A DNA stretch of 63,648 nt, the filler included, from Collodictyon triciliatum (Eukaryota), in assembly GCA_043381765.1 (NCBI GenBank). It is 4 parts of 4 records of this genome, joined end to end, with 100 filler letters (N's around TTAATTAATTAA, not from the genome) between each part and the next. Parts side by side here need not be neighbours in the genome. Positions count along the whole stretch, not along the records: positions 1 to 20,694 come from JBHJMP010000103.1; 3 more parts are not named here. One strand, 5' to 3'. Below the pieces are notes generated by a model. The model was not told the origin of the DNA. It saw only the letters and a program-made list of their open reading frames with translations, and ran no database searches. This document shows positions 1 to 10,717 of this stretch, in pieces. A program made the position numbers and the translations under genes. Position 1 is the first letter of the stretch; every line of letters begins with the position of its first letter.

Positions 1-170
1 TCTTCTTTCTTCTTCTTCTTTCTTCTTCTTCTTTCTTCTTCTTCTTTCTTCTTCTTCTTTCTTCTTCTTCTTTCTTCTTCTTCTTTCTTCTTCTTCTTTC
101 TTCTTCTTCTTTCTTCTTCTTTCTTCTTCTTCTTTCTTCTTCTTCTTTCTTCTTTCTTCTTCTTCTTTCT
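1..170. repeat. (TTC)n/(TTTC) pyrimidine microsatellite
   Basis: Directly visible tandem repeat. Confidence 0.95.
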
Positions 171-1015
171 GCTTCCTTTATTCCTCTTTCTTTCTTTTCT
201 TCTTTTCTTTCTTCTTTTCTTTTCCTTTAATTTCAAATCTTTCCTTTCCTTCATTGTATTGATTTTCTGATGAGACAGAGGCACACAGAGAACCGGGGAG
301 CCCTTTTAAGCGAAAATTCACGCTCCAAGTCGGAGTTTGTTCCAGCGAGCTGCTTGTTCTGATCTGCCCCCCGTGTCCCACCGAGATCAAGAAAACGGGG
401 GTGAAGGAAGCCAAAAAAAGACGAAATCTAGATGAGCGGACAGAAAAGGGAAATACGGAAATTCATGTGCCGAACCAATCCCACCGTAGCTGTCATACAT
501 TTTCTTATGTGGTATCTCACAGCGAAACAGCACCCACTATTAACCTCTGGTTTACAACTCCTGCTCGGCCGAATTCGCGAACATTACGACACACGCCCGT
601 TGGCCAGCGCTGACAATTCCGTTAGATCGAGCAGCGACGAGACTGTGCTCTGAAGAGGCTGCGACAGACACGCTGGTTGAAGCAAAGAGTGAGGGCGACG
701 GCTCCTTCGCACGCTCCGCAGAGGACACGAAAGGATCAGCGACAGTAGTTAAATTAAAGATGGCTTGCAGTTTAATACGAGGAAAGGGGAAAAAAAAGTA
801 GTTAGGCCTCGGTCTGTCTCCGTCTGCCTCATCAAGTTGGTCTATCAGTCTGTCTGTCTGTCTGTCTGTCACATGCGAAGCCAATTGGAGACAAATGAAA
901 ATTGAAAGCAGGAAAGAAAAAAAATAGTGGGTGGGAGGTGAACACCGTGAAGGACTAGCATTTGGTGGGAGGGCCAAAGGCTGACGGCCGGTAAGGTACG
1001 TGACAAGTCAGGCAT

Positions 1016-1705
1016 TTAGGCGTTGCTGTAGTTGGCTCCTCCGACCTTCTTGACGCGCTGCATCAGGTCCTCCTCGACGAGCTCTTCACGCTTAGTGATG
1101 AGAAGCTCCAGAGCGAAGGACTGTGATACATAAGCAGAGAGGCGTCAATGACAAGTCAAGGTGGCCTAAACGAAGATAGACAGGAGGGGAATAGAAGGCA
1201 CGAGAGGGAACTGTGTGGTGCTGAGTGGGACTTCTGGCTACCTTGATAACAGTCTTGACTTCGTTCTTCTGGATGCTGACGCGGGCCTTCTTCATGACGG
1301 GGGCGTTGTCTCCAACCCAGGTCATGAACACAAACTTTGCGCGCTTGCTCTGTTCATCACCAGACACTACGCGGAGGAAACCGAACTGGACCTGATCATC
1401 CTGGAACTGGGAGCGCAGCTCGTCCAGACCACCATTTCCCTTGTTTGTGCAGACGATCGAGTTTCCGTCATAGCCAAAGACAGCCCTACGGTAAGACAAG
1501 GTCAATGGTGCTTTGTTGCGGACACGAAGCCATCTGGTGCAAAACTGTGTCAGTTTAGAAACGCTACAAGAAGAAATGATGATATTCCAGATATTCGAAT
1601 GGGCTTCGTTAGTAGCTCCACTAATGAGTTGTACCAGTTGGTTTCAGAGGAGTCGTTGCGGACATCCTCGTAGACGGGACCAATTTGAGAAACGTCAAGG
1701 GACAT
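1016..1705 (-). CDS. COTL1: Coactosin (ADF-H actin-binding protein), 3 exons
   Basis: Spliced: MSLDVSQIGPVYEDVRNDSSETNW|AVFGYDGN..LRVVSGDEQSKRAKFVFMTWVG..KKARVS..VIK|SFALELL..RVKKVGGANYSNA*. GT-AG introns; coactosin motifs SKRxKF and GGANY. Confidence 0.92.
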
Positions 1706-2144
1706 GTTTGGTGGTGCTGGCTACGATCAAAAAAAGTGGTCAGGATTGAGCACTGTAAGAATGTTGTGAAGTTGCGAGGCTGCTCCAATTATCTTCAGGG
1801 ACTCGTGCAGACGTCAGTTGTCTCATCGTCCTTCTCTCCCAGATTTGATTAGAAAAGAACATAGAGGTCATCAGAACCATCAGCATCAGCATTCTGGAGG
1901 TGACGGACGAAGGGAATGTTGGGTTGTGGGTTCGAATAAAGAGGCAGAGACATTCATAGAAACTATTAGGTAGCAGACGCCATGGTACGGCTTTGTCTGC
2001 GATGAGGAAGGCGATGCGGGGGCAGTTCGTTTGTCAACGATGGGTCTTCGCACGGCGCATTTGAGATTCTTGACACGTCGACCGAGGAAGCGGAAGGAGA
2101 CGATGGCGTGGCGGGATCGGCGTTTCATTCAGCTTGATTCAACC

Positions 2145-4233
2145 ATGGAAAGAGAACAACGTACCACGCTTATATACGGCTAAGGGAAGACTTGCTTTCT
2201 TTCGGCTTGTCGCTGTAACTATATATCATTGTCCACCACTGCTCCAGTTTAGGGAAGTTCCACGCAGACAGGGAAAGTTCCACGGACAATTCGTTGCGAA
2301 AGGAATATTCCATAGGGGAGCGGTTTTTGAATTTGAAATTCGGGTTTGGGGACAATATTTTATATATGTGAAGTTGACATCTAGTGGAGACAAAACATTA
2401 TACATAAATAGAATTATGTCTTTTAATTTAATTCGTTTTTTCCATATATGCTAAATCATTTGGAAGGGACAAAATCCAACCCTGCATTCATAGAAACTCT
2501 ATGCTTATGTTCATTTGGTTGGGAATATAACTTGGCTTCAATTGATATCACATTGTAATACATAATTATTATAATGCTTTCATTAATATATTAATTTATG
2601 GTTTATTACAATGTAAGTAAAATAAAAGTGTATAAATATACTATATTCCAGATTTTAAAAATAAAGTAGGCATGATTAGTTTGCTCTGCGGGAATCTTAG
2701 CCCAAGCTGACAGCCGATTGTCCTCAAATAACAACCAGCTTTTACCCTCAGGAATAATTGGCGAAACAGAAGAAATACAATTGCTTTTTTCTTCTTCGAG
2801 GGGGCCGCTGAGGAGAGGGTATCCTATTGCCAAAGGTGAAAGATGACTTAGACTGGGGGGTTTTAAGCTACTTGATTCTCTAATATTGCAAACGACTCGT
2901 GGTTGTGATATGACCAAACCGCAAGGACGTGTTCGGACTTCGCCTGAGTCGAATGAACGCAACTTCTGTGCTCGTGGAGGGTTGGTTGAAAATTCAGTAT
3001 GTTGGGACGACTGCATGGAAGAAAACATATTGCCGCGCCTCGAGCGATGGCAGGATTTACTTGTTCACCAAAGCGCAGGTATGAATTGGGTCTGATGTTT
3101 AGTAATTCTAAGCTTGACTTTTTACTATTATTCATATATTTATTTTGTATTTCCTTTCACTATTTCACTTCGACTTTTTATCTGGATCTATCCTCATGAG
3201 TTTATCAATTATACTGCCTTATGATGAGTTTTTGAACTTGCTCTGGTGCTTTCTTCCTCTCTGTAAACTCCTTTAATCGAATCACCAAGGATACAGAGCC
3301 TGACCGCTCAATTGACATTCGTGGACTTACGGTAACTCCGACTGGTGACGGCTCTGGGGATAGCTGGACTTTGAAGAATGGAAACGAGTAGAGATTTTTT
3401 ATTTTTAAAATATTTCTAATTGAAATATTCTGAGAAATGGATGTTTTAAACAGAAGGAAGGAGGGCTATTTGTGTCATAAATAGAATCGCAAGAGATGAT
3501 CCGTGAATTATTTAGTGAATCATGCAATATTTTGCAGATATAATAATTTTTTTTAAAACTATTATTGGGTATAGTCTTATTTCCACTTTCCAGACGGATG
3601 CCAAAAAAGAAGGTGTAAGATGGATGAACATTTTGGTGCAGTTATCGATTATGGAGAAGACCACAGCACAACCCGTAGTTTTTATTACATTTTTTTTTAT
3701 TCTTTGAATCAAAGGTTTTTTTTATATCATTATTTTCGTCTTAATCACTTAGAACTCGAGACTTTTTTTCTCCTGTAATCATAAGCCAAAAAATTCAGCT
3801 TTTAAGTCTCATAAGAATCAAAAGAGAAATTAGTTCCGATGTATATGAACATATTTATGTACCAAAGCCAACATCTCCACCATCCTGCACAAAATTGAAA
3901 GGAAGAATAAAAAAAGAACATATTTATGTACTGATAAAGTATACCACAAGGAAAATTGAATGATAAAGCAAAATAAGCTGAAATGGATATGAAATTGAGA
4001 AATTTGTAAGAATTTCAGTTTCATACTCTAATGTGTGAGGATTACAGACCGCAGCTGTACCCAAAGAGTGCGAGGATGTCGAAGAAGAATATGATGTCAC
4101 CATGGAAAAAGGAGATAAAGAGTCATCCATGAGGGATTCCATGCAGACCAGGGTTGCTGCAGTTATCGGAAATATAACGCTTCCTACTATACTTGTAATA
4201 TCCATCTTATGGCTTAACGCTGTTGCACGTTGA
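2145..4233 (+). CDS. PH-domain protein with C-terminal hydrophobic tail (5' exons uncertain)
   Basis: Spliced: VLVEGWLKIQYVGTTAWKKTYCRASSDGRIYLFTKAQ|DTEPDRSIDIRGLTV..SWTLKNGN|DLISTFQTDAKKEGVRWMNIL matches the PH pattern (EGWL..WKK.Y; C-terminal helix Trp). Last exon ends ..VAAVIGNITLPTILVISILWLNAVAR* at 4233. Confidence 0.65.
3847..3931 (+). mobile_element. 53-bp A-tailed retroposed fragment (family B) with 16-bp TSD
   Basis: GAACATATTTATGTAC at 3847-3862 and 3916-3931 flanks CAAAGCCAACATCTCCACCATCCTGCACAAAATTGAAAGGAAGAAT(A)7; near-identical sequence at 31727-31777. Confidence 0.85.
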
Positions 4234-4387
4234 ATCGAATAAGAAAAAAAATAATTAAAATAACAATTTTATTTACCAACTGTCTCATTAATCCTTTATG
4301 AAACAACATTATATTTCACAAGTGAATCATTATTTATGTTGCTTTAATTGACATAAAATCGATACTACGGTCTTCTAGTTTAACTAT

Positions 4388-4644
4388 ATGGAATGGAAAC
4401 ACGCGACTTATCCTGATGGAAGGGTGGTACGTTGCCAAAATATATTGAGAGAAGGCGCAGTCAACCATGGAAACATCGTTTGGAAAGACGGTAACAACCT
4501 TTATGTTCATTACTCGCTGTTATTTATTTTCCTATTCTTTTATCGTTATCGTTATTATTGTTTATATTCTTATATGGGATAAACTTCTTGCACAATGAAC
4601 CCCCCCCCCCCCCCCCCCCGAAAAGGAGGAAAATTTCATTATCA

Positions 4645-4704
<60 letters not shown>

Positions 4705-7700
4705 GAATTGTTTGGGACAATACACCTCATACACTATTTTTTGATCTAAGCAGAGGATAATCATCATGATTGCATAAAAGTTCAATTTCCTTACAATTCC
4801 ATTTCAATCTATTATGCACATCAGGGTCGATGTATAGTGGGCAAATTTCAGATGGTAGGCCTCACGGTTATGGTGTCTACGTAGACTCGATGAACAACAA
4901 GTTCATGGGTCAATATCTGAATGGAAAAAAGCACGTAAAGGGTTTATATTATATTAGATTGCAACATTAATTACCTGACATGTTGTAGCACGTGGTTTAA
5001 ATATCCTTGACAGGGAACTATGTAGTAATATCCATCACGTGTCCATAAAATGTTTTTAGGGATTGGGTATTTATGAATGGAGGGATGGGGACATCTATGC
5101 AGGACAATACAAAAATGATAGTGAGAACGGAAAAGGTGCTTGGGAATCGACAAGTGGATCATATTATGTTGGTTAGTCATTCTTAGTCATGACGGAAACT
5201 TGCAGATGTCCTTTTCTATTCTTGTCTTTCTGCTTTATGAAGAACGAAGTGATGGTAATCTAAAGCGTGACGTAGTGGACTTTTGATTTTTCTGAATGTA
5301 ATTATATTAGATATATCATAGATGATTTGCCACCTCAATTTCGAATTGGGTATACAATCTTCCTTATCACTGACTACTTTACGTATTTGGACTATCAAAG
5401 GTGAGTATCAGGACGGGCAATGGTATGGGTATGGGCAGTCGCAATCAGAAGATGGCAGAATTGTTAAGGTTCGAGTTTTTATTTTCGATAGCAATAAGCG
5501 GATTTATCTTCGCACCAGCCTCACGTTCCACTTTATATTTCAGAGTATGATAAATCGAATAAAGGAAAAAAAATATTTCAGAGTATGATTTGTAACTTGT
5601 GCGTTCAGTTCTTTATTGAAAGAAAAAATATCATTCAATTTTATTACGACTTTATAATACTGAGTTAAAGTTTTGTCTACCCTATTCAAAGTTCAAATCG
5701 TGCTGTAAAATTGCTAGAAACACGTATATTCAACTCGTCAAAACCAATTAGGCTTTGTTCAAAGACGGGGCACCCTCAAAACTTATGAATAGGGTAGCTT
5801 TGAAGAGAAACATCTTGATATATCACTATCTTATTACTCCTATGTTCAAATATTGCCACATAGATTTGCCCTTAAATATGTTAATTATATTCCCACTACC
5901 AACAAATACTTTGTGTTATTAATCTAGGCTGTTCCTGAAAATGAGAGAGATATCGCACAAGGCAATCCTCTTCAACCATCATTATACTTATTTTAAATCG
6001 TACATTGAATAGAATTGAATAGTTTTATATTGGATTCCTCCGTGTTGAGTCACCTTCAGTACACCCAAGGAGGGATAGTAGATTAAATTCCATACATTCA
6101 AATGTAGAGATCGTTAACAGATCGAAGCTTATCAAGGAAGAGGCTTTTGGAGTAATCAACCAAGTTTGTGTTTTGGAAATATACCCTTTCAGGAAGAAGT
6201 GTATCTTTGTGCTTTCTCCTCATTTACTTATCGCATATTCTCCCAAGTAAATTAAAAGTAGAAAAGAGAAATATTGAGTGTTTAAAAACGAATACACATA
6301 TGCAATTGAATAATTTTCAATTCATAAATGAGAGCATTAACCTTCGTCTTGTTGTACTTTCCCATCCAATATTCTTCTACAGGCACAAACAGCATCTGCT
6401 TATGCCAAAGCTTACGTTGATATAGGCAGCAGAGGTGATTTAAAATTTAAATAAATAACTGGATAAAAGGAAAGGCACAAAACATCAAATTTTCGGTTCA
6501 TAAAAATATTGATGCAAAAAAAATTATTGTAGAAATGGAAGTCATGAAGCTAAAAAGGGAGGCCTCAGAACGATTGGGCCACATAAAGAGCCTGTGCTTA
6601 CTGGAACAAAGAGTCATCATGGGTATTAAAGCAAGAAAATAAGAGCCCTTATATCTCTTTAAATTTTGGAGGGAGTCTATTTTTAATCCCAGTATCTCAA
6701 TTGACCTACGATGAGTTTATAAAAACTATAGCAACAGCGTATGAAGAAAATAAAGGAGAGACTCTTGGGGATTTATCATTTCCAGCAGGAGCTACAATTG
6801 CCATTTATTCATGTAGAACAGATAATAAATGGTTCGGGGTCAGTGTAAATATAAAACAGGCTGGGTGATTTACAGACTCCATATATAAATATACAATTAA
6901 TGTACTCTTGTTTTATATAATACAAATATTCTGGGTAAATTCACTCTTGAAACAATTCATTTTCAATAGGAGTTCCACGGGTCTTACGGATTCTTTCCCA
7001 AGGAAAAGATTGATGTATCCACTATGGCCTATTGTCAAGACGCTTCGCTTGCACAAGTAATTTATAATTACTATTCTTTTTGTTATTGTCGATGTTCTCT
7101 TAATAATTTGGACGCAATATCAGGAAACATAGCATCGGCGGTATTCATTGTAATGTAAACACAAACTCATCTCGATTTTTTTTTTCCAGGGTCGCTCAAG
7201 GAAAAATCTATAATTTGACTCTGCTGTTATTTTGTCGAACGAGAATAATTTTCAATTAACAATGTGTTGAAGTTGGAAATCAACAAAAATAAAATAAAAT
7301 CTTTTCCTATGACCTATTCTTCTTTCAAAAATGCAGAAATACTACAAAAATCTGACGAAATCGGGAAAATTACCATCCAAATGCTAGAATTGGTGTCCAA
7401 ACCAGAGGGTATATTCTATCTGAAACATTCGCTCTTAATCTTTTGATTATTACACCAATAAACTTCTCATTCATTTATGGCCCAATTTACAAACTCATTT
7501 GCACGACAGAAACCGACCCTGAAGTTTTAAACCAGGCGAAATATGTTGGAGTTGGTTAGTTTTGATAAATTATTTTAGATTTGGATGTTCACTAAATTCA
7601 TATTTCGATAAAAAAAAGAAAAGAAAAAAGAGAGACCGATAATGTGCAGCAATTTTAAATCGATTTAACATCAGTTTACTCCTTGGTTTTTAAACGAACA

Positions 7701-8125
7701 TATATGTCCGAAGAAAAAAAAACCGTCTATTATATTCTTGATACGTTTTGGCAAGAGAATATTCTATAGTCCCATGTCATTCTTAAAAGATTCTAACAAA
7801 TAACCTCATGTAACTCCGACACAAAGGCTTACTCAGTGCGAAGAAAAGTTTGACTGACCTGGCTAACAAATTCTCTGCTGGGATTGTTGCTCGAGTATTT
7901 TCTGAGTTTCAAACCATATATACTTTCTTTTTATGAAAAATTACATATTTCCTTTCATGAATGCATACTTGCATTACTTACTTTTCCTCATTCTCACTTT
8001 TTTTTTTTAAGGTTTCTGTAGACAACGCCATCAAAGATGTCCAGGCCTTTATTGTTGACTCTGTACAATTTTACGAACTCACAAGATTCAGCACGGATGA
8101 TGCCCTACATGTACGCCAATATTAA
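4388..8125 (+). CDS. MORN-repeat + SH3-domain protein, multi-exon
   Basis: MORN motifs YSGQISDGRPHGYG, FMGQYLNGKKHGLG, YAGQYKNDSENGKG, YVGEYQDGQWYGYG. SH3-like GDLSFPAGATIAIY..NKWFG|EFHGSYGFFPKEKI at ~6740-7010. Exon phases join consistently. Confidence 0.75.
4647..4704. repeat. (TAT)n microsatellite in intron
   Basis: Visible tandem repeat. Confidence 0.9.
5535..5589 (+). mobile_element. Micro-insertion family A with 17-bp TSD
   Basis: ATATTTCAGAGTATGAT (5535-5551, 5573-5589) flanks AAATCGAATAAAGG(A)7. Confidence 0.85.
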
Positions 8126-8183
8126 GCAAATATATACCTTAGACTAGATATTCAATCTTTTTTTTTTTTTTTTGCCTACACAG

Positions 8184-8476
8184 AATAGAGACAATAGAGA
8201 CAATAGAGACAATAGAGACAATAGAGACAATAGAGACAATAGAGACAATAGAGACAATAGAGACAATAGAGACAATAGAGACNNNNNNNNNNNNNNNNNN
8301 NNNNNNNNNNNNNNNNNNNNNNNNNNNNNNNNNNNNNNNNNNNNNNNNNNNNNNNNNNNNNNNNNNNNNNNNNNNNNNNNNNAACAAAAAACAAAAAACA
8401 AAAAACAAAAAACAAAAAACAAAAAACAAAAAACAAAAAACAAAAAACAAAAAACAAAAAACAAAAAACAAAAAAC
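8184..8476. repeat. (AATAGAGAC)n and (AAAAAAC)n arrays flanking an N gap
   Basis: Visible tandem repeats on either side of the N run 8283-8382. Confidence 0.9.
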
Positions 8477-8814
8477 AATAACAATAACAATTATATACAA
8501 GAGTACGAAGAAATAAAAAAGGCACAAAATCATAAAAATATTCAATTGCAATACTCCATCCATAAATAAACTACTTTGCCGAGATCAATGCTTTCTTGAT
8601 AACTAATTTCAATTCTAATCCTTTTAGTTTGAAGCTTTGGCCACTGGACTCACAAAAGAATTATATGCACTGATTCGGAGCCTTAACTAAAACATCTACA
8701 CCAGCAAACATGGAAAGCAGGCAGCATAAATTACAGGATATGCAGTCACACCAAAAATATGCCTACACAACCATGGACCTCTAAGCTCCAGTTGTTCAGT
8801 GGCTAGCGTTGGAT

Positions 8815-8890
8815 TGAAAAATGATGAAAAATGATGAAAAATGATGAAAATGATGAAAAATGATGAAAAATGATGAAAAATGATGAAAAA
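8815..8890. repeat. (GAAAAATGAT)n minisatellite
   Basis: Visible tandem repeat. Confidence 0.85.
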
Positions 8891-9138
8891 CGATAAATAA
8901 TAACAATAATACAAATTTAATACTTCAGCCAATTATCCTTTATTATTTTCCTCTTTTTTTCGATAATATGAGTCGTTGATTAAAACGAAAGAAAAAGCAG
9001 AGCAAGAGAACCCAACAGTTTGGTGAATATGGTTGGGAATTCAGCCCCGTTGTTGCTGACTATTGGCGCGTTTGCTATTGGGAAATGACCCGAGCCCGCC
9101 TCTTCTGGGGAATCGTATCGGCGCCTTCTTTCCATGTT

Positions 9139-10510
9139 CTATGGAGAATCATTTCGTCGCCTTCTTTCCGGCGAGCGTCTATTTTCTGGAGAATCATTTC
9201 GTCGTCTCCGTTCTGGTGAGCGTCTTCTCTCCGGCGAATCATATCGGCGCCTTCTCTCTTTGTTCTCTGGAGAATCATTTCGTCGTCTTCTTTCCGGCGA
9301 GCGTCTATTTTCTGGAGAATCATTTCGCCGTCTTCTTTCCGGCGAGCGTCTATTTTCTGGAGAATCATTTCGTCGTCTCCGTTCTGGCGAGTGCCCTTCT
9401 TTGGTGCTTTCTAAAGAATGACGAACACTCACTCGTTCGACACTCGCAGCACCAGACGGTTTCACATAAGAGGAATTGTGTTTTTCACTCTCGTATGATT
9501 CACTTGAATCGCTGCTGGCATCAGAGGACTGGCCACCAGACTCGCTTTTCATTTGCTTCTCTATTTTTCTCTGAGCCTTTCTCAGACGCTTTTCTTCCTT
9601 TTTCTTCCTTTTCTTTTCTTTTTTCTCTTGTTTCTTTTTCTCTTTTTCCAAGTATTCCTAAGATAAAATGGTAAAAAAAATAATTAATTAACAGTAATAA
9701 AACAAAAAAGTGAAAAAAAAATACGCATCGAACGGGGGTCACACCTGGTCCTTTGTAGGAGGGAAATATATTTCAGTAAAGTGTTGGTATAATTACCTTT
9801 GCAGGGTCTTCATCCTCAAGTTCTTCAAGATGCGAGTCTGGAACTATTCATTGTGGAAGATACAAAAAAATGAGAGAAAGTTATGGCAGTATCAATCATA
9901 TTATGACATGATTGCTTAATGATTTTTTTATTTTTACTCTTGACAGGATTGCTTAATGATCATAACAGAATGAATAAAGTACCCGGGGACGCTTTATCGT
10001 GAGGCCATCTCTTGGGTTCTTCTCCGACCGTCTTCACAGGGTTGAATGTTTCGATGACATTTCCTTCCTTTAAAGTAAGGAGAAATAAATAAAAAGAAAA
10101 TAATATTCACAAAAGTTGAAGAGGGAGCTAGAGACAAAATTATGTATAGGATCTAAGTCTAGCACATAGAGGAGAAAGGACCTCATCCGTTGGGGGGCGA
10201 TAATCCCGTACGTGGTCCACTCTGATAGTCTTTTTCAGAACCTGATTGTGTAATGTTAAAAATATGTGCCCATCGATTGGCTCGACATTACAGTAATATG
10301 CAAAACGAAAGCGATAAGATAAAAAACAAAACACAGTAAAAAAAAGTAGAAAGGAATAAGGCAATAGAGGAAAGACGAACACTGATTCCGTTTAGATTTG
10401 TCACTGCAAGAACGCAGCTTCTGGGGTCTTCATAGGCGATAAATGCAAAGCCGCGGGGCTTTCCCGTTTCTTTGTCTCGAACTAGATTTAGGTCATGGAT
10501 TTCGCCATAC
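9139..10510 (-). CDS. RBMX2: RBMX2/Ist3 (RES complex RRM protein), 5' exons missing
   Basis: YGEIHDLNLVRDKETGKPRGFAFIAYEDPRSCVLAVTNLNGI|VLKKTIRVDHV is the RBMX2/Snu17 RRM. K-rich and R/D/S/P-repeat tail. Confidence 0.9.
9910..9960 (-). mobile_element. 23-bp A-tailed insertion (family C) with 14-bp TSD
   Basis: GATTGCTTAATGAT (9910-9923, 9947-9960) flanks the reverse complement of CTGTCAAGAGTAAAAATAAAAAA. Confidence 0.65.
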
Positions 10511-10717
10511 CTGCACAAGAAAGTCGCGGGTTTTGGGTCATAAAAGGATGAATAATGAAGGAAAAACAAAACAAAAGAAAAAAGAAAAAAGAAAAAAGNN
10601 NNNNNNNNNNNNNNNNNNNNNNNNNNNNNNNNNNNNNNNNNNNNNNNNNNNNNNNNNAAAAAAGAAAAAAGAAAGAAAATATAGAAAACACTACTAACAT
10701 CGTGATATGCCCCTTAG

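Noticed and set aside
250-760. Possible minus-strand gene near the window start
   Set aside because: GC-rich open frames exist, but I found no recognisable motif or confident splice model.
4231-4251. TGAATCGAATAAGAAAAAAAA resembling family A
   Set aside because: No flanking TSD found and it overlaps the PH gene stop codon; not counted as a copy.
9139-9141. Stop-codon reassignment
   Set aside because: All conserved genes examined splice into stop-free frames, and TAA, TAG and TGA each terminate genes normally.
9100-9400. Regularly spaced direct repeats resembling a CRISPR array
   Set aside because: In-frame coding repeats (RRSPERRRRNDSPEN) of the RBMX2 tail; no unique spacers or cas genes; eukaryotic DNA.
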